Source: Singulisphaera sp. GP187 (lineage in GTDB: Bacteria; Planctomycetota; Phycisphaerae; Phycisphaerales; SM1A02). From it: a DNA stretch of 56,810 bases. The DNA is taken from assembly GCA_945888705.1 (NCBI GenBank), contig CAMDAQ010000001.1:1-56810 (forward strand), given 5' to 3'. The translations under genes and the position numbers were made by a program. Below the pieces are notes generated by a model. It saw only the letters and a list, made by a program, of their open reading frames with translations. It was not told where the DNA came from and did no database searches. This document shows, piece after piece, positions 1 through 8,024 of this stretch. Position 1 is the first letter of the stretch. Each line of letters begins with the position of its first letter.

Positions 1-378
1 CGGCTTCGTCGGACCGTCCGCATCGAGTGCCCATGGAACCTGAGCATCGGCATGGATACGGCGGTCGGCGACGGCGCGATCCTCTATTGCCTCGGGCCGG
101 TGCGGATCGGTGACCATTCCACGATCTCGCAGCGGGCCCATGTGTGCGCCGGCAGCCATGACCACCGCAGCCGCTCGATGGTGCTCCTGCGCCCGCCGAT
201 CGTGATCGGATCCGATTGCTGGATCGCCGCCGAGGCGTTCGTCGGACCGGGCGTGACCGTGGGTGACGGCGTCATCCTGGGTGCGCGAGCCGTGGCGTTC
301 AAGGACCTTGCGCCGTGGACCATCTACCTCGGGAATCCCGCCCAGCCGGTCGGCCACCGGGCACCGCTCAGACCCTGA
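1..378 (+). CDS. Hexapeptide-repeat O-acetyltransferase, WcaF-like (5' end outside window)
   Basis: Frame 1 is open from nt 1. The translation RIECPWNLSIG...VCAGSHDH...IGSDCWIAAEAFVGPGVTVGDGVILGARAV has left-handed beta-helix hexapeptide repeats. It also has the PW.L..G / C.GSHDH pattern of colanic-acid-type WcaF acetyltransferases. Confidence 0.85.
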   Translation, partial: RLRRTVRIECPWNLSIGMDTAVGDGAILYCLGPVRIGDHSTISQRAHVCAGSHDHRSRSMVLLRPPIVIGSDCWIAAEAFVGPGVTVGDGVILGARAVAFKDLAPWTIYLGNPAQPVGHRAPLRP

Positions 379-500
379 GCGCGCGCCGCGAACCGAAGCT
401 CACCTGCGTGTTCGTCGACGCCGGGCCGATGGCCACCAGCCACGGCCGCGAGCACCCGTCCTCGCAGCAGGCCCGGAGGGGGGACCGTAGCATTCCGCCC

Positions 501-716
501 ATGCGGCTCCTGCCAAGGAATCCCGTCACGCCCGCGCTGGCCTGCGTGGGTGGCTTCCTGCTCACGGGCACGGCGCTCGCTGCGCTGCTCGCCATCGCCG
601 ATGGTGCCGGCGTGCCCTTCGTAGAACTGCCGATCGCGCGCGTCGCCGGCTTCATCGGCAACACGCTGCTCTGGCTCGGCATCGCACGCGCCTGGTCGGA
701 ACGCCGCCCGGACTGA
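501..716 (+). CDS. Small hypothetical membrane protein (two hydrophobic segments)
   Basis: An internal ATG at 501 of ORF 315-716 gives MRLLPRNPVTPALACVGGFLLTGTALAALLAIA...FIGNTLLWLGIARAW. Third-codon positions are GC-rich like the neighbouring genes. No recognisable family. Confidence 0.35.
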   Translation: MRLLPRNPVTPALACVGGFLLTGTALAALLAIADGAGVPFVELPIARVAGFIGNTLLWLGIARAWSERRPD

Positions 717-778
717 AGTGCCTGTCGCTGCTCGCGGGCATCCACGACCGCATCGCAGGGGGACGGCACCAAGAAACA

Positions 779-820
779 GGCGCGCAGAGATCCCGAGGAC
801 CGTCTGCGCGCCTTGTTGTT
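779..820 (+). terminator. Hairpin plus T-rich tail between convergent genes
   Basis: GGCGCGCAGA (779-788) pairs with TCTGCGCGCC (803-812) and is followed by TTGTTGTT (813-820). It lies between the 501-716 (+) and 858-1697 (-) genes. Confidence 0.4.
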
Positions 821-857
821 CACAGGCTCAGGCCGCTGACGCGGCCCGTACCGGAGT

Positions 858-1697
858 TCATTCCGGACAGATGCCCCAGTTGCTCAGGAGAATGCCCAGG
901 TCGGCGCCGCCGACCGCGCCATCGCCATCGATGTCGCCAAGGCACGACGAGGGCGGCGGGGGGAGCATGGAGGAGTCAACAGTGAGGAAGCGCATCGATC
1001 CCGGCGCCCCCAGCGAGCTCTCGATCGTCTGCGCGACGACGCCGTTGTAGAGATCCTCGGAGCTGTTGTAGACGTTGACCCCGGTCACGACCGTGCTGCC
1101 TGTCGCTCCGGAGACGTTCGTTCGGTACCACTTGCCGTTGTACGCCCAGAACTTGCAGTCATGGGCCACGGTCTGGTTCGAGAAGCCACCGGCGTAGAAC
1201 GGCGTGTTGGCGACCAGTTCCGCGAAGTTGTTGTACGCGTACGCGCCGATGGTCACGGTGCTGTCGGCGACGTATCGCGTGGTGCGAAGGATCCGGCCGC
1301 TCGAACTGTCGACGGCGATGTCGTCGTCGTAGTACATGCCGTAGCCGTTCATGTAGAACGTCTCGCCATTCGAATTGGAGTTCAGGTCGTTGAAGCTCTT
1401 GTACCGGATGAACAGGTTGTTGTACTGGCCCGCATCGCCTGCCGCGTCCGAGGTGATCCTGTAGAAGAAGACGCCATCGGTGAACATCGCATCCTTCGAT
1501 GGAATCGCGGGAGCGATGTTCCCGCCGGCAAGGCCATCGGTATCCGTCGCCAAGGCCTGCAGCGATGCGTACTTGATCCACGACGTGTACGGCGTGAAGC
1601 CATCCGTCCGGAGGAACACTTCCTCGGCGGCAGCGGTTCCGGCGACGCCGCCGATGATGAGTGCGAAGGAGGCGAGCGCGGAGGACATTCGGTTCAT
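858..1697 (-). CDS. Secreted four-repeat surface protein with a single C-terminal dockerin-like repeat (paralogue family member 1)
   Basis: Signal peptide MNRMSSALASFALIIGGVAGTAAA; the start was set at Met-68 of the ORF-track ORF. Four internal repeats end in Y.S(F/L).(D)L..N (KYASLQALATD, RYKSFNDLNSN, YAYNNFAELVAN, VYNSSEDLYNG). The tail is GDIDGDGAVGGADLGILLSNWGICPE. Clearly homologous to the genes at 3865-4641 and 8025-8822. Confidence 0.8.
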   Translation of the reverse strand: MNRMSSALASFALIIGGVAGTAAAEEVFLRTDGFTPYTSWIKYASLQALATDTDGLAGGNIAPAIPSKDAMFTDGVFFYRITSDAAGDAGQYNNLFIRYKSFNDLNSNSNGETFYMNGYGMYYDDDIAVDSSSGRILRTTRYVADSTVTIGAYAYNNFAELVANTPFYAGGFSNQTVAHDCKFWAYNGKWYRTNVSGATGSTVVTGVNVYNSSEDLYNGVVAQTIESSLGAPGSMRFLTVDSSMLPPPPSSCLGDIDGDGAVGGADLGILLSNWGICPE

Positions 1698-1961
1698 GAG
1701 GAGGGGTCCTGTCAGTGTTGGTGGAGGCAGGCGTCGCAACGCCTGCTTGGCCATCGCCAGCGCACGATCGGGCCAACGGGACAGACCGTCGGCCTTTTCC
1801 ATGCAGAGCAAGGACTGTAGCCGCGAAACACGGCTGGGCAAGTTCGGGGAACGCAATCGATGCAACGTGCTGGCTGTCGCCCCCGGATGCAAGCGCACTG
1901 CAGCACGGTTGCAGAGCAGGTGATGAGGTCGATGCCTCGATCCCGGCGGTCCGGGCGCCCC

Positions 1962-3665
1962 TTACGGCGTGGTGCGCTGGTGCGTAAGCAGCCACGCGTA
2001 GACGTCGTGGCCTGCGGTCAGGTCGTAGGTCCGCGTCCAGGAATCGTGCCCGACTCCCGGATAGATGGTGAGTCGCGCATCAACCGCACTGGGCACGGAA
2101 CAGTTCTGCATGCCCGTGATGGGGACCGCCGAGCCCGCCACCGGAATGACTCCATCCGCATCGCCGTGGAAGGCCCAGATCGGATGGTTGCCCAAGAGGC
2201 ATCCGCGTTGGTCGAAGGCGCTGATGCCGTTCCCGCAGATGGGAATGAAGGCAGCCGGCAGCACATTCGATCCGACGGTGCGCAGGTATTCCCATGTACC
2301 GATGGCGCCGCAGCTGAGACCGGTGAGGTAGATGCGGGAGGGGTCCACGTTGTAGTTGGCGGCAGCCCACTGCAGGAAGGCGCTCACGTCAGCGGGACTG
2401 TGACAGCCCTGCGGCACGCCTGAACCGCCGTTGGAGTTCTGGGGAGAGAGAACGACGAAGGCATCTCCGGCGGCGGATGCGGCCACGGGCCAGGCATTCG
2501 CGGCGATGAGCTTCGCGGGACCATGGGCCGTGAGCCTGATCAACTCCGCTGACGAGCCATTGCCGTTCTCGCCGATGCCGTGCAGGCACACCAGAAGCGG
2601 CCAGTCCGTGCGAGTGGCGTAGCCCACGGGCAAGTACTCCCAGAAGCCCTGTTGCGCCGTGGTGGTTCCCTTGGGGCGCATTCGATGGCGATCCGATGAG
2701 ACCTGGGGTGTGCAGCCCGCGTCGCCCCATGCGCCAAGCACGGCCCCGAGGTCGCCGCCATCCACGGCTCCACTGTCGTCAACGTCGCCGGCACACGGCG
2801 AGGTCGGACATGGTCCCCAGCCCGCAAGCACACCCGACAGGTCAGTGCCATCGATGAGGCAGTCCCCGTTGATGTCGGCCGGGCTTCCGGGCGGACACTG
2901 CACGACGGCGTTGATCTGCAGTTCGCCGATGTACACGTCCTGGTCGACCGCGCCGTTGCGCGCCGCGAAGCCGAACGACCAACCGGTCGGGTCGATGTTC
3001 GCCATCGGCTGTGCACCTTGGTCGATGAAGATGGTGGAGCCGACGGTTCCAGGGAACGCCACCGAGACTCGAGTGCCCGTGGTGCGGGACCAATGGATCG
3101 TCGCAACGGCCATCCTGATCCTGTCCACGGCCTGCGTGGTGGTGACCCAGGTCACTGGCGCGAAGGACAGCGGGGTGAACGCAAACTGGCTTCCGCCCCA
3201 CTTGCCGTTGACGCCGTTGGCGCCTGCGCCGGTGTACGAGACGAAGCCGACGCTGAGCCCCGCCGCGTCATCGTTGAATCCTTGAAGGCCCCACTCGCCC
3301 CCGGACATGCGGTTGCCCGAGGCATTCGACAGGTCGCCCCAGAGAAACGAGAATCCGTCTCCCGCGCCACCGTTGCTGTTCCGCAGGCTGAAGCGGAAAC
3401 TCGCCGTGAACTCCTTCACGGTGCCGGCTACCGGCGCGGATCGCCATGTCCCCCACGTCGAGGGGAAGCCATCGCGGACCGGTCGGAGGCGGGTGAATCC
3501 ATTGAAGGTGAAGGTCTGGGCCTGACTGAACAAGGTGCCAGAGGGCGACGCGCCGAAGTTCTCCGCGATGGCCGCGGTGCACGGGGTGGATCCCTGCCCG
3601 AGACCTGCTGCGGTGATGGAGAGACCCAAGACGGTCGTGAGCAGGCGACGGAAGCGATCCAGCAT
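1962..3665 (-). CDS. Secreted L-type-lectin-like / dockerin / alpha-beta-hydrolase (esterase) fusion protein
   Basis: Start at MLDRFRRLLTTVLGLSITAAGLG (signal peptide). N-terminal FRFSL..SNGGAGDGFSFLWG resembles the legume-type lectin motif. Two internal dockerin-like repeats are present (ADINGDCLIDGTDLSGVLAGWGPC, GDVDDSGAVDGGDLGAVLGAWG). The C-terminal hydrolase has LVCLHGIGENG, the nucleophile elbow GLSCG, HGDADGVIP and GVGHDSW. Confidence 0.85.
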   Translation of the reverse strand: MLDRFRRLLTTVLGLSITAAGLGQGSTPCTAAIAENFGASPSGTLFSQAQTFTFNGFTRLRPVRDGFPSTWGTWRSAPVAGTVKEFTASFRFSLRNSNGGAGDGFSFLWGDLSNASGNRMSGGEWGLQGFNDDAAGLSVGFVSYTGAGANGVNGKWGGSQFAFTPLSFAPVTWVTTTQAVDRIRMAVATIHWSRTTGTRVSVAFPGTVGSTIFIDQGAQPMANIDPTGWSFGFAARNGAVDQDVYIGELQINAVVQCPPGSPADINGDCLIDGTDLSGVLAGWGPCPTSPCAGDVDDSGAVDGGDLGAVLGAWGDAGCTPQVSSDRHRMRPKGTTTAQQGFWEYLPVGYATRTDWPLLVCLHGIGENGNGSSAELIRLTAHGPAKLIAANAWPVAASAAGDAFVVLSPQNSNGGSGVPQGCHSPADVSAFLQWAAANYNVDPSRIYLTGLSCGAIGTWEYLRTVGSNVLPAAFIPICGNGISAFDQRGCLLGNHPIWAFHGDADGVIPVAGSAVPITGMQNCSVPSAVDARLTIYPGVGHDSWTRTYDLTAGHDVYAWLLTHQRTTP

Positions 3666-3793
3666 GGAACACTTGTAGCTGATCCGGGCGCCCATGCGCC
3701 ACGAATCAGGAAACATTGTCCCCAACGGGGCGCCTCAAGGCCTCAAGCATCCTGCGACCGGGTGGCTCACTCGCGACCTGCTCGACAACGACA

Positions 3794-3820
3794 GCGGGGT
3801 CGGCTCGAGGCCGACCCCGC
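3794..3820 (-). terminator. Perfect 11-bp hairpin downstream of the 3865-4641 gene
   Basis: GCGGGGTCGGC-tcgag-GCCGACCCCGC lies 45 nt past the stop codon (minus strand). It is followed on the minus strand by TGTCGTTGTCG. It is homologous to the inner stem of the hairpin at 7961-8008. Confidence 0.5.
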
Positions 3821-3864
3821 AGGGTGTGCATGGTGTGCAACGGTTCAGGCGCAGCGAGTTGCGC

Positions 3865-4641
3865 TCAGGCGCGACGGCGTCGAGAAGCGCTGACCCCGGC
3901 AACGGCCAGCAGTGCCATGGCACCCGGGGCGGGGATCAAGGACGAGTCGATCGTCATGAAGTTGACGTCGGCGCCGTAGCCCGCGGAACTGGCCACGGTG
4001 AGGAACGGGGTGTTGTTGTACAGGTCAGGGCCACTGGCGAAGACGCTGAAGCTCTGCACCACGCCGTTCACGACATCGGACCGCCAGCAGGTGCTGCCGG
4101 TGCCGGCCCAGTACCTGTTGTCGCCATTCTGATTTCCGCCACCGAAACCGTTGGCATAGAAGTACGAGTTGTTGACGAGATCCGCAGCGTTGTTGAACGC
4201 GTACATGCCGACATTGGCTGCAGAGTCGAAGGATGCCGTGCGGAAGAACCAGCCGTTGGTGGTGTTGGCGATCACGTCCTCGTTGTAGTACATGCCCTGC
4301 GTCATCTGGATGGCGAAGCCACCCGAGTCCGCATTCAGGTCCGCGAGCGAGTTGTAGCGGACGTACGTGTTGTTGTAGTTGAGCCCGCCGTCGTTCTTGG
4401 TGGTCTTGTAGACGTACGTGCCGTCCGTGAAGACCCCATCGGTGGACAGGATCGACGAGCTCGAGCCGACGTTGGTGCCGCCCGTGTTCGCCGCCATGTC
4501 TTCCAACGACGCATACGACGTCCAGACGGTGGAGGAACCAACGGTCGATGAGCGGACGTACAGGAGAGTTGCCTCGGAGGAGGCCGCGAGACCGGCTGCG
4601 AGAAGAGCCGCGCCGGTCATGGCGAAGTGCGACATGGTCAT
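3865..4641 (-). CDS. Four-repeat surface protein with PEP-CTERM-like anchor (paralogue family member 2)
   Basis: The real gene is only the 3' 777 nt of the 846-aa ORF-track ORF. It starts at MTMSHFAMTGAALLAAGLAASSEA (signal peptide). Repeats: SYASLEDMAAN, RYNSLADLNAD, YAFNNAADLVNN, FASGPDLYNN. The C-terminus is IPAPGAMALLAVAGVSASRRRRA (P..PG motif, hydrophobic helix, Arg cluster). Confidence 0.85.
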   Translation of the reverse strand: MTMSHFAMTGAALLAAGLAASSEATLLYVRSSTVGSSTVWTSYASLEDMAANTGGTNVGSSSSILSTDGVFTDGTYVYKTTKNDGGLNYNNTYVRYNSLADLNADSGGFAIQMTQGMYYNEDVIANTTNGWFFRTASFDSAANVGMYAFNNAADLVNNSYFYANGFGGGNQNGDNRYWAGTGSTCWRSDVVNGVVQSFSVFASGPDLYNNTPFLTVASSAGYGADVNFMTIDSSLIPAPGAMALLAVAGVSASRRRRA

Positions 4642-4908
4642 GATGTGGTCTGCCTTTGAGGGGAAAGGGAAGGGGGACGCGACCAACCTAGCCCCGTGCC
4701 GGGCTGGTTCCAACGAAATCAAGATAAAGCTGGAAGGTTGTTCCGCCCGTTGGGGGGACCTTGGTTCCGGCGCGGCGTGGTGGCTCGACCTGGGCCTCGT
4801 GGATAATGTCGTGGCATTTCTGGTTGGCGCGCTTGCGCCGCCCGGCTCGAGGATCACCTTGACATCCGCACCATGGCTCTGGCGGCCTTGGACTGCCACA
4901 AAGAACAG

Positions 4909-7203
4909 ATGAACACGACGACCCGATCGCTTCCGGCGGTAAGTCTCTCCCGGAGCTTGGCTTCCACGCTGCCACTCTTGGTGGCGCTGTCCAGGGCCCA
5001 CGCTGGATTCGACGTTCCCGTCGCGGTCGCACCGGGGTCGACCGCGACCATCACGCTCGCGATCACCGTCACCGACGGAGTTGACAGCGAGACCGATGTC
5101 GATTCGATCGTCGTGGCTGCCGACGGCAATGGCCGGTTCACGATCAGCCCCAACCAGCCGCCGCATGACGGGGCCGTGATCCAGGAAGGCCGGTTCGGGT
5201 TCGGTGGTGGCACCTTGCAGTACGACTTGTTCTGTTCCCCGGTCTTCGGCTGCATCCCCGTGACCGTGAACCTGGCCGGGCTCTCCGCAACGTTGGTGGC
5301 GCCGTCGCAGGCGACGATCCTCCCGTCCGGACGCGCGGATTTCGGGACCACCTGGCGCGTGCAGGGCAACTACACCATCACCAGCCCGCTCTCGTCCTCG
5401 GCGGGTGCGATCGACGTGAACTCGCTCTCGCCCTTTGGGGGAACGTTCTCCATCGGCGGCGGATTCATGCAGGTGTCGCAGCTGACGATCGGCGCCATCG
5501 ACAGTCAGACCACGGTCGATTCGCTGCCCGGGGTCACCTTCCTGCTTCGCACCGAGGTGGCGTTCGGCAGCACCACCATGAACGGAACCTATGCGCCGCC
5601 GCCGCCGAACGGCTGTGGCAGCGCGGGCAACTGTGGCCTGGAGCACCAGGGCCCCGGCTGCAACGACATTGCCTGCTGCTCCGCCGTGTGTTCCGCGGAT
5701 CCGTCGTGCTGCGCCTCGGACTGGGATGTGCTCTGCGTGAACCAGGCGGCGGCGCTCTGCGGCATCGCTCCCGAGAACGACAACTGCGCCGCGCCCAGGC
5801 CACTCTCCTTCGGCCGCTTCCCGTTCACCACCCGCAACTGCAACACCGACGGTGGATTCCTCATCACTGAGTGCCAGGATGTCCAGACGGCGGGAGCATT
5901 CACCAACGATGTGTGGTTCGTCTGCACCGCTCCGTTCGACAACGGCATCGCGGTGTCGACCTGCGGCCACGCGGGCTTCGATACCCGCATCGCCGTCTAC
6001 GACGCGTGCGGCGGCATGCTGCTCGCCTGCGGTGACGATGCAGTTGGCTGCTCCGGCGGAACAACGCGCGTTGCATTCCAGGGAATCGCCGGCCAGACGT
6101 ACCTGATCCGTGTGGGCGGGAAGAATGCATGGGGCGAGGGCGAGATCGATCTTGCGCTCACAGATGTCACGACGCCTTGGCCAACAACGGTTGCGGCCAC
6201 CTGGGCGGCATCGTCTGGTGGCAACGGCCATTCGTATGCGGTGCTCTCGTTCGCCTCGCCGACGAGCTTCGCGCAGGTCGCCGACCGGGCGACCGAGCTG
6301 GGTGGCTACCTCGCGACGATCACCAGTCCGGCAGAGCTTGCCTTCGTGCGCAGCGGCGTGCAGATCCCGCAGTTCGGTGGATCGACGGCCATCGGGCTCG
6401 TGCAAGGTCCGGGTGACGAGCCCGCCGGTGGCTGGGGATGGATCACCGGCGAGCCGCTGGTGTGGACGAACTGGAACATCGGCGAACCCAACGACGTCGG
6501 CGGTGAGGACTTCGCGAGCATCTACCCCGACGGAAGCTGGAACGACCAGGGTGAGCTCTTCCGCTACGCGCTGATCGAGTTCGATGCGCCACCTTCATTG
6601 CAGGAGTGGACCTGGAGCGAGGATCAAGGCGGTGCGGGGCAGCGATACCGGTCCGTGATCGCACCGATGTGGGTGAGCTGGGAACAGGCAGCCGCATCAG
6701 CCCAGGCGATCGGCGGCACGCTGGTGGTGCTCGAGACGCCTGCGGAGGCGGAAGTGGTCTTCCGTGAACTCGTGCAGTTCCCAGCGCTGTGGAGCATGAC
6801 CGCCTACAACGGTGGTCCGTGGGTCGGGCTGCGGAAGGACGTCGGGTCAGGCGCCTGGACGTGGCTCGGCGGCTCGTCGCTTGGGTGGAATCCCTGGAAC
6901 CCTGGTGAGCCAAGCGGCTTCGGCGATGCGGCGTGCTTCTTCTCGTTGCAGGATGGCCCAGGCATCGGGCTCGACGACACGTGGACCGGCAACCAGCGCA
7001 GGGGTTTCATCGTCGAGCTGCCGCCCAAGACCTCGTGCCCGGCCGACATCAATGGCGATGGTCAGGTGGGGGGCAGCGACCTTGCGCAGTTGCTGGGGGC
7101 GTGGGGTTCGTGCGGTTCATGCCCCATGGATCTCGACGGAGATGACATCGTGGCCGGTCCCGACTTGGCGATCCTGCTCGGCGGCTGGGGCTCCTGTCCC
7201 TGA
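4909..7203 (+). CDS. Large secreted protein: unknown N-terminal domain, Cys-rich module, PPC-like module, two C-type-lectin-like domains, C-terminal double dockerin-like module
   Basis: Signal peptide MNTTTRSLPAVSLSRSLASTLPLLVALSRAHA; an alternative ATG lies at 4873. CTLD 1 has GEPND (EPN at 6484-6492) and WND (6538-6546). The second CTLD-like copy has GEPSG...DDTW. The Cys-rich stretch is CNDIACCSAVCSADPSCCASDWDVLC. The tail is ADINGDGQVGGSDLAQLLGAWGSC...DLDGDDIVAGPDLAILLGGWGSCP. Confidence 0.85.
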   Translation: MNTTTRSLPAVSLSRSLASTLPLLVALSRAHAGFDVPVAVAPGSTATITLAITVTDGVDSETDVDSIVVAADGNGRFTISPNQPPHDGAVIQEGRFGFGGGTLQYDLFCSPVFGCIPVTVNLAGLSATLVAPSQATILPSGRADFGTTWRVQGNYTITSPLSSSAGAIDVNSLSPFGGTFSIGGGFMQVSQLTIGAIDSQTTVDSLPGVTFLLRTEVAFGSTTMNGTYAPPPPNGCGSAGNCGLEHQGPGCNDIACCSAVCSADPSCCASDWDVLCVNQAAALCGIAPENDNCAAPRPLSFGRFPFTTRNCNTDGGFLITECQDVQTAGAFTNDVWFVCTAPFDNGIAVSTCGHAGFDTRIAVYDACGGMLLACGDDAVGCSGGTTRVAFQGIAGQTYLIRVGGKNAWGEGEIDLALTDVTTPWPTTVAATWAASSGGNGHSYAVLSFASPTSFAQVADRATELGGYLATITSPAELAFVRSGVQIPQFGGSTAIGLVQGPGDEPAGGWGWITGEPLVWTNWNIGEPNDVGGEDFASIYPDGSWNDQGELFRYALIEFDAPPSLQEWTWSEDQGGAGQRYRSVIAPMWVSWEQAAASAQAIGGTLVVLETPAEAEVVFRELVQFPALWSMTAYNGGPWVGLRKDVGSGAWTWLGGSSLGWNPWNPGEPSGFGDAACFFSLQDGPGIGLDDTWTGNQRRGFIVELPPKTSCPADINGDGQVGGSDLAQLLGAWGSCGSCPMDLDGDDIVAGPDLAILLGGWGSCP

Positions 7204-7353
7204 GCGAGCCATCACCGCCGACGCAGTGCAGTGGCTCGGCATGGCACGGGCTTGGGATCGGTGCGTGGAAGCCGACGATGGGCGTCCTCTTCCCGCGCCG
7301 TGACGTGACGCAACGGTCCCAGCGGCAGGGTCTGACGCAGCTAGCCTTCGGCC

Positions 7354-7944
7354 ATGCCCACGCCGTCCGAACGATGCTGGTGGTGCGGGAGCGACTCGCT
7401 CTATGTGGCCTACCACGACACCGAGTGGGGTGTGCCGGTCACCGATGACCGAGCGCTCTATGGGAAGCTCGTGCTCGATGGGTTCCAGGCCGGCCTGTCG
7501 TGGCTGACGATCCTGCGCAAGCGCCCGGCATTCGAGCGCGCGTTCAGGGGCTTCGATCCTGAGCGGGTGGCGCGCTTCACGGAGCGCGACGTGCAGCGAC
7601 TTCTTGGCGATGCCGGCATCATCCGCTCGCGGGCGAAGATCGACGCCGCCATCGGCAATGCGCGGGCATGGATGACCGTGATGCAGGCAGGGGACGGGAG
7701 CTTCCGCGACCTGCTTTGGGAACACGTCGGGCACCGCACGATCGACCTGAAGCTGGCGAAGCCGGACGACATCCGCGCGCAGACACCGCAGAGCGAAGCG
7801 CTCGCCAAGGCGCTCAAGAAGCGGGGCTTCAAGTTCTGTGGCCCAGTGATCGTGCACGCCTTCATGCAGGCGGTCGGCATGTTCAACGAGCACCTGGTGA
7901 CGTGTCCACGTCATCGTGCGTGCGCGCGCCTGGCTCGGGGCTGA
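7354..7944 (+). CDS. tag: DNA-3-methyladenine glycosylase I
   Basis: RCWWCGSDSLYVAYHDTEWGVPVTDDRALYGKLVLDGFQAGLSWLTILRKR...FKFCGPVIVHAFMQAVGMFNEH matches the Tag family over its full length. Confidence 0.95.
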   Translation: MPTPSERCWWCGSDSLYVAYHDTEWGVPVTDDRALYGKLVLDGFQAGLSWLTILRKRPAFERAFRGFDPERVARFTERDVQRLLGDAGIIRSRAKIDAAIGNARAWMTVMQAGDGSFRDLLWEHVGHRTIDLKLAKPDDIRAQTPQSEALAKALKKRGFKFCGPVIVHAFMQAVGMFNEHLVTCPRHRACARLARG

Positions 7945-7960
7945 GTGCCTGTTGCAGCGC

Positions 7961-8008
7961 ATGCATGACAGCGGGGCCGGCGCCAGGCCGACCCCGCGGG
8001 TCATGCAT
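7961..8008. terminator. Long imperfect hairpin between convergent tag and the 8025-8822 gene
   Basis: Structure: ATGCATGAC-a-GCGGGGCCGGC-gccag-GCCGACCCCGC-gg-GTCATGCAT. The outer 9-bp stem is perfect and the inner 11-bp stem has one mismatch. The inner part is near-identical to the hairpin at 3794-3820. Confidence 0.5.
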
Positions 8009-8024
8009 CATCGAATGACGCGAG

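Noticed and set aside
4858-4863. TTGACA hexamer upstream of the C-type-lectin gene as a sigma-70 -35 box
   Set aside because: There is no acceptable -10 hexamer at 16-18 nt. Promoter consensus for this lineage is unknown to me.
4642-6405. The upstream two-thirds of the 846-aa minus-strand ORF (3865-6405)
   Set aside because: This part is antisense to the well-supported C-type-lectin gene. It is Arg/Gly/Ala-rich with no motifs. A proper signal peptide and start (MTMSHF...) occur at 4641, so only 3865-4641 is real.
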